DNA from: Chrysomallon squamiferum
Taxonomy: Eukaryota > Animalia > Mollusca
Reading direction: 5' to 3'
Assembly (NCBI GenBank): GCA_012295275.1
Contig: CM022671.1
Span: 23,684,001 to 23,748,000 of the forward strand
DNA: 64,000 nucleotides
Positions 56,511-64,000 of the stretch are shown here, in pieces. The translations under genes and the position numbers were made by a program. The notes beneath the pieces were generated by a model. It was not told where the DNA came from. It saw nothing but the letters and a program-made list of their open reading frames with translations, and ran no database searches. Position 1 is the stretch's first letter; each line of letters opens with the position of its first letter.

Positions 56511-56650
56511 TTATTATTATTGTTATTATTATTACAAATAGTTGTAGTAGTAGTAATAATAAAATAATAAAAAATAATAATAATGATCATGTTAATAATT
56601 ATAACAACAAAATAAAAATAATCATCATCACCATGTTAATAACAATTATG

Positions 56651-56723
<73 letters not shown>

Positions 56724-56802
56724 TATCAATAACAATTACATGAGTTGTGCATAAAACTTTTCTGCGATCTCCCATGACGAATATTTTTTAAATCTTTTTT
56801 TA

Positions 56803-56842
<40 letters not shown>

Positions 56843-57133
56843 TTAAATTTTGAGATAAAACTATTTAGGTTAACAAGTGACAACTTATATTTCGTCACCA
56901 TTTTATGGGTCTGTGGGTCGCGTACTGTCACCTTACATCAACAGAACCTGTCACACTGTAGAGATGTCCACTTGTTTTGGTTACTGGTGGAATGTTTGAA
57001 GGATGTGAATGGAGTAATGACAGATGGTACATAAGTAGAACACACGTGTGCAGGTCGTCAAGTCTGCTGACATACTTATTAGTATTGAAGTTGACTGCGT
57101 ACATTAATAAAATAATGATATGGGGTTCGTTGG

Positions 57134-57177
<44 letters not shown>

Positions 57178-58273
57178 GCACAACTGTCAGCAGCTTGTGT
57201 TACCCCTATTATGTCTATACTACTGCTACTATTACTGCTACAATTACTTTTTTTATTACGTCTACTATTACTGCCATTATTACTACTACTATTAACTCTA
57301 CATTACTGCCGCCGTTATTCCTATATTTACTAGTATTATTACTACCACTAACAACACCAATACTAATACTCATACTACTATTATACTATTACTACAACAA
57401 CTACTATCACAATCATTACCACTACTGTGTTACTGCTACTTCATTATTGCAATTAATACTCAACAACTACTACTATTACTACTAATTATTATTGAATCTG
57501 CTTTTAGTATCTTGCTTCTTCTAATATTTCTCGTTCCATTCAGATTCACAAACGCAATGGTATATACTATCCTGTCTGTGTATTTGTGCATAATCAAATA
57601 ATTTTTTGGTCATCGTAACCTGGACGGATGTCAGTCTAACATTATTTGAGCGACACCGATCTAGGTCACACTGTTTTATGCAGAACTTTTGTCCATTCTA
57701 AAGATGATCAATTATATTTTAGTAATAAATTAATTTACTTTTTTTATTATTATAATTTTAATTTTGATTTTTCTAATTTTTAAATTTTATTTATTTATTT
57801 ATGTAAATGCGTGCGTGCGTGCGTGCGTGCGTGCATGTTCATTTTAACAATTCCAGAATCTGAAGATACAGTGTTAGTATTTTTCACCTAAATGGAAACA
57901 AAGGATCAATGCACAAACAAAAATATAACTTTTTTCAAGTATATATATTTGTTTGTATAATAATTTGCTTGACCATCTTAAATGCTTTTGAAACATGTTC
58001 TAAAATGCCAGTAACATTTTTTCTCTTGCCAATATTCAGTTTGAAATTTAAGCATGATTTCCACGTTTGTTTCTCTGAATCTTTATTTTTTTTCTATATC
58101 CGGGCACCACTGTTGAATACTTGGAAAAGATAAACGTAAATATTTACGACCGCTTGTTTCTGCACTGCTGATTTACTGATTTTTGCTTGTCAATCAAAAC
58201 TGCACTGAAAATAAACAAATACTTTGTACATTAAACAGTTCTTTTGATCCTTCATTTCATTTTATTCATATGC

Positions 58274-58327
<54 letters not shown>

Positions 58328-60945
58328 TGTGGCTTTGATGCAACAAAATAACTGAGTTTACTTTTCACTGATTTCATGATTTAAGGTTCAAAACATTGGA
58401 TTGTAGGTCGTAATCATTTTCGTTTCATTGTTATTTATTTATTTACATAATTAATGTTAAGATGCAGCTATGAATATCACTATAATTTTGTGTCTGTGAG
58501 CGTTTTTAACAGAAATGAGAAAAATATTCAATTAGATAATGACAAAAGTAATATGGAAAAATATGGCTGTATTCTTGCTATGAAAACCTATCGGCAGCAA
58601 TGTTTTTAATAAACACACAACTAAACTAAAAGAAACAAGAACACAGAGAATTACTTTTCAATATTTATTTTCACAAATCTGTATAAATGAAATGACAATA
58701 TCTTTGACAAAAATATAAAATTTACAAAGCACCGTTATGATACATATAATAATAATACACAAAAAACATTGATGAATGATTTAGTGCAAGATAACCAGGA
58801 ACTAATTTAACTCCAACTATTTCAAACATTTCTGTATCAGAATTTTTCACTTTATTAAGAAAAGGTCATAAATAACAGTTTTGTTATTTGTTATTATTTG
58901 TTTGTGTAATTATATTTGTTAGAGGTACCAGTATAATTTATTGTATCTCAGTTTGTGACAAACAAACTGTCGTTTTTCAGGAATTGGTAAATATATATCT
59001 TACTGTGTTCCTGAAATTTTAAAAAATTTACTTACAACTTTTTCTTAATAAAAACTTTAATATACACTAATGCCATTTATCTGACATTTATATTATTTTT
59101 AATTACATTTATAAATTCTGTAATGTTTACAAATGTTCAATTTATTAAAATTCATTTCTAATTAAAAAGATACTCATCTTTATAAAAATACAAATATTTG
59201 CTAAAATAAATAAATATCAGAGACACAGTAAGCAATCATCTTATTTTAAAATGCCATTTCTGTTTGTTGTTTATTTACTTCTAGTTAGGTCTAAGGATTG
59301 CTGATAAATTTTACAAACTAAAATCAACTTTAGTATCTCTAGAGGTAGAATTGAACAGGATGGGTGCAGCTGCCAAAATTTATTATTTTTAAAATGAGCT
59401 GACATTTTGCATTATGACGGCACAAAATACTGTTTTTATTATTAGACAAAGCTTCACTTATATATATATATATAAGCTTTTAAAGGATGAGGAATCAAAA
59501 ATATTCATCTGAGCTGATTGAACAACTGCCAATATATCAAAATTGAAAATTAAAAAAATAAAAAAAGGAAAGAAAGTGATAAGTTTTTATTTAAAGATTA
59601 AAATATTTAACATTAAATTCTCAAATACTGATTAATCTTAGTATCAGAGAAATAAAATTACACAAATGACTGCATTTCTTATCTCTTCATTAAATAAATG
59701 GATGCAAAAGAAAATGGTGATGAAATATTCAAATGAAGTTGACAATTTTAGAAAATGAAATAACAGAGGCATTGTCTGAATTCACTGTGTTTTACACAGT
59801 ACTGGTATTAAGTACTGTTAATGAATGACTCAGAATCAGAATTGACATCCACGTTCTATCGCTCCTATTTTTACATAACCTTTCATAGCACTTCATAATG
59901 GCAAAAATAAAACAATAAATTCAGTGTTTTGCAAAAAAAATTAAAAATAAAAATCATTAAGAAAAGTTTAATATTTAAACATCTTAGGATAAAATTATAT
60001 TTGTTTTTCACAGGCAATATATAACTTCTTTTTGTTTATATACATTTACCTTCTTACACTCCCTGTTATCTGTTTTAATACTTTCTGAGACTGATAAATA
60101 TTTTAAATGATTTAGATTATGTAGATTTTTTTTTTTTTTTTTTTTACATTTTTTTTTTTATTTTATATTTTTTTTTTTTTTTTTACATTTTATAATTATT
60201 TTATATATATATATTTTTTTTTTTAAAGTTAATGTAGCTATCATATTTTATCCACAAATGAATTTTAAAACTGTTTTGTAATATATTAAAAGTTAAACTG
60301 TGAATAAAACTCACAAAAACAACAACAACATTACTTACAAATTAATTTAAATTGTTTAGAAAGTGAAGCTAAACGTAACCCTCTGTTACAAAACCAGGCA
60401 GAAGATATTAAATCCAACAAAAGGATTATCAGTAAAATTAGGTAATATTAGATTTCAGCATTGACTATTACAAATTGTTCCACTTTGGTTTTATTACAAA
60501 CCAACTAGAAATAAACAAAAATTTAACATTTGTAAGAAAATATATTAAAACAAGAAAGTGAGCATCTTTTCCCTTTCAGATGAGACTGGTTTTGTAATGG
60601 GGGACACAAATAAATAAACCATAAAGTAACTTGAAACTATGCAAAGAAAATTAAAATACTTCACTGTTTTCAGAATCCACAGTGAGTGATTAAAAACAGA
60701 TATGTATACCGCTCTAATACACACTGACTTTAAGATATTTCTAATCAGCTGTTTAGAAAAGTTGATTAATATCTTTTTTGATGACCTTTGTTTAATATGA
60801 CAATGAAAATACATGCTCATAAAAGTTTCATAGTATTGCAATTTACTCTGGACCATGAGTTGTGATCTGATTTATCATTAACAAGGAATGTAGACAAAGT
60901 TTTATAAGCATGGGCCCTGATGTATCTGAATACCTACGGAGTGCA

Positions 60946-63631
60946 TCAAACTTCACTACCACTGACTTTGTCTTCTCTGGTACTGTCTTTTCCACTTTCT
61001 CTTCCACTTTCTGATAAGCCAGTACAATCTTTGCCACCATCTAGTTCCTGTTGCATTCTGTCTAACATTGCCTGCATACGTCGAATCTGAAAATAAATAC
61101 ACAAAATATAATTATTTTAAAAACAATTTTTAATTACAGTAGCTAAAAAACTGATTTCTGCTTCTAATTTTCTGTTTATCCAGTATCATGAAAGCATTAA
61201 CAGTGTAGGTTTCTTTTATTTTTGTGATTACCCACAGACCCTTATTAAGAATATTTAACAGCTTGTATATATTATACTAAGAACCAAATGGTCTGGAATA
61301 TACTGAAATCAGATATCATTTTAAATTTAAAAAAAAACAACATTTATTGGTAATATATAAAATCTTTACATTGGGAACACTGAAAACAGCTTTAATTAGA
61401 ATGCAGCGAATAAAACATCTTGCAGATGGAAATATGTTTTTAATATTAAATAGTATGAAATACATTTATTACATTCATTTTTTTTTTTTTACCTCCTCAT
61501 CCTTATCTTTCAGCAGTTTTTCCGTATTCATAATAGCTTCAAAGTTGGGACTGGAGTCTCTTTTCAGTTTACTGCAAAATAAGTATATTATTAATTAGCT
61601 GTAATATGTAACAGTTATTATTTTTATTTTAAATACTAAAAAGTCTGTAAAGCCTTATGATGGTTTTTCACATTATGTATCCAAATTGAAAAAAATCTCC
61701 ATAAAAATGTAGTGATTAACTTTAAGAAAAAACCAAAAAACATTAAAGGACAAAACATTTTTTTTGGTACTAGTGTTCTAATATTTTTAAGTAAGTGTAT
61801 TAAATATTACATTTATTTTGAGTTCTGCTAACTCCCTTTCTAATAGTTAATACAATGTGAATTTAGCTGATTTTGCTTTTTCTTTTAGCATGTGATTTTT
61901 TACCTTCTTTCTTTCTGTCCAAGAAGTATCTGAGATTGCAGTTGACACTGAAGTCGTTCAGCTCTGAAATTCTCATAATGCACATCTGATGTCATATCTT
62001 TGAGATCTTGCATGTGAGTGCTGCATGTGGAATTTGTCAATAATTTATATCAACATATAAACATTTTTTTGTTAAAAATATTTGGTATGTTTTCTGTTTT
62101 CTTTTTTCTTCATTATTAGGATAATAAATTAAAATACCAAACATAAATGCCTAGTACATGAAATGAATAATAAAGATATTCAAATGGAAACCACACATAC
62201 ACATATTCTAACTTACATGTTTTGCAAATTATAAAAACTGTTACCTCTACAACAGGATTATGTAATTCTAAAAAGTGTAACAGAATTTTAAGACCTTGGT
62301 ACCTGATCAGCATCTGCCTAAGCCTGTTGAAGTCACAATGCTTTGGATTGTCCACTGAAACAAAAATAATAATAATAACAATAATATTCACTATTGCTAG
62401 TCTATTTGTGAAGACTAATAATTAAAATGTATTATTTGTAAATTGTATAAGCTGAATAAGCTTCCCAATTTTAGTTTTTTTAATTAGAAAATAACAAACC
62501 TTCCACAATGCCCCAGGGATATGCTCGTCCTCGAATTTTTCTTCCAGCAACCTCAACCACAGCATTACAGCCAACCACAGCAAATGGTAAACATGCCTTG
62601 AATAATAATAATAATAATAACAGCAACAACAACAACATCAATTTATTGACAAAAAAAGAATTAAAATAAATAAATCCTGTATTATCAAATTATTTGGCAA
62701 TATTTCAGTTAATTGATTGTGCCAGGCTTTCTTTTTCTGATTTCAAATAAACAAACATATTTTCAGAAAATAAAAGAAACAAATAATTTTAGGAACCTAT
62801 AGTCTTGATTATTACTGAAGGTAAAAACTGCAAAAATTAAATAATTAATTTGTAACTGATTTTTTCTCAGAGCTTAAAAAAAAAAGAAGTAAAAATTCAC
62901 TGTAAATTACCTGATACCTCTTTGAAAAAAAAGAGAAGAAAACAACAACAAGAACAAAAAAACATCTGACAACAGCTTATACAAAACAACTAGCTGAATA
63001 TTTAATCACCTTCAGTTCTGCATCTTGCATTTTAAAGTCTTCATCTTCATCACTATCACATTCAGGAAATTTGTAAATCTGAATATCATTTCTGCTGATA
63101 TCATTCATTATCTATTTATTAAACAGGAAAATATATATAGTTGATTACTGGATGATGTCATTATTATTATTGTTATTATTATTATTATTATTATTTTTTA
63201 TTTATTTTTTTATTTTTTTATTTTAAAGTAATCTGCCATGAGTAAAATAAATTTACCTAATTTTAGTGTTATGTTTATGGAGAGGAACAGAATTTTGGCT
63301 GCCCTTTTACATATTAATCACCAGTAAATGTAAATAAGAGTATTTTTAACTTTTATAAAACATTTTAATTTATTTTTCAATTTATCCATACAACTATAAG
63401 TCATAAAAACGACATTGGTAAATATTATTTTTAAATAATTCCATCATTAATTTTAACTTTTGTTTTTTAAAAGAAAAAGGAAAAGGAAAAATCTGAATTT
63501 TATTTATACCCACATTTTCTTTCATCTTTTTAATTTCATCCTTTGTCAGAGTATCAGCTTTGGCTAAAACAGGAACAATGTTAACTTTGTTATGAAGCTT
63601 TGTCATCACTAAAATATCAAGTGGTTTTAAT
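60946..63631 (-). CDS. SEPTIN2: Septin, SEPT2 group (SEPT1/2/4/5-like); last seven coding exons, 5' part beyond the window
   Basis: Exons 63631-63514, 63111-63010, 62596-62500, 62354-62303, 62020-61904, 61571-61493, 61086-60946, all phase-consistent. Motifs: [20 protein letters not shown] (G4), [58 protein letters not shown] (septin unique element), and the short coiled coil [16 protein letters not shown]. Confidence 0.95.
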
Positions 63632-64000
63632 CTGAAAGTGATAAAAAAAAGTACTCACAATTCAAATTCAAAGAGAGAATCAGTATTGGTAATAAGATAA
63701 TGATTATACTGTATTTGAAAATGTTTTAGTAATAGATAACAAAGCAACTCTTAAACAAATATCATTTACATTTTTTCAAATGAATTATGTCCCTTTAACT
63801 AATATACTGTTTCCCATTTTATCAAAAAAATAATGATTTATTTTATATGCTTAACTTATATTAATGTTGCTTACAATATGAACAAAATAGTAACTATGAC
63901 TTTATTTTTTTAAAAACCCAAAATATATAAAAACCTTTCTGAAACTTATGATTTTAGGTAACAGTTCTCACTGCAATAAATAACACACATCTTGACTTTT

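Noticed and set aside
60843-61040. 65-aa minus-strand [18 protein letters not shown]...
   Set aside because: It is an alternate frame of the septin last exon. The spliced septin frame ends at 60946.

Overview
Eukaryotic, very AT-rich, microsatellite-dense animal DNA. It looks lophotrochozoan or molluscan, and a coleoid cephalopod is plausible (inference). Bases ~1-24 kb hold a tandem cluster of four two-exon IL-17-like cytokine genes (+,+,-,+), each with a micro first coding exon of 1-4 codons and a phase-0 intron. The third copy has a 1-nt frameshift. There is also a probable decayed fifth copy and several surplus TATA + ATG|GT first-exon cassettes. Copies B and C share a kB-ETS-CRE-TATA promoter module with identical spacing. 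Downstream lie three more genes. The first is a 13-exon prolyl 4-hydroxylase alpha-like gene (32.0-43.6 kb), intact for 472 codons but broken by indels in its last two catalytic exons; one intron holds a pogo/Tigger remnant next to a near-identical copy of an FMO exon end. The second is a complete 6-exon flavin-containing monooxygenase (48.1-52.4 kb). The third is the 3' part of a SEPT2-group septin on the minus strand (60.9 kb to the window end). Most short ORFs in the supplied track are microsatellite artefacts. All gene models were spliced by eye and have no transcript support.
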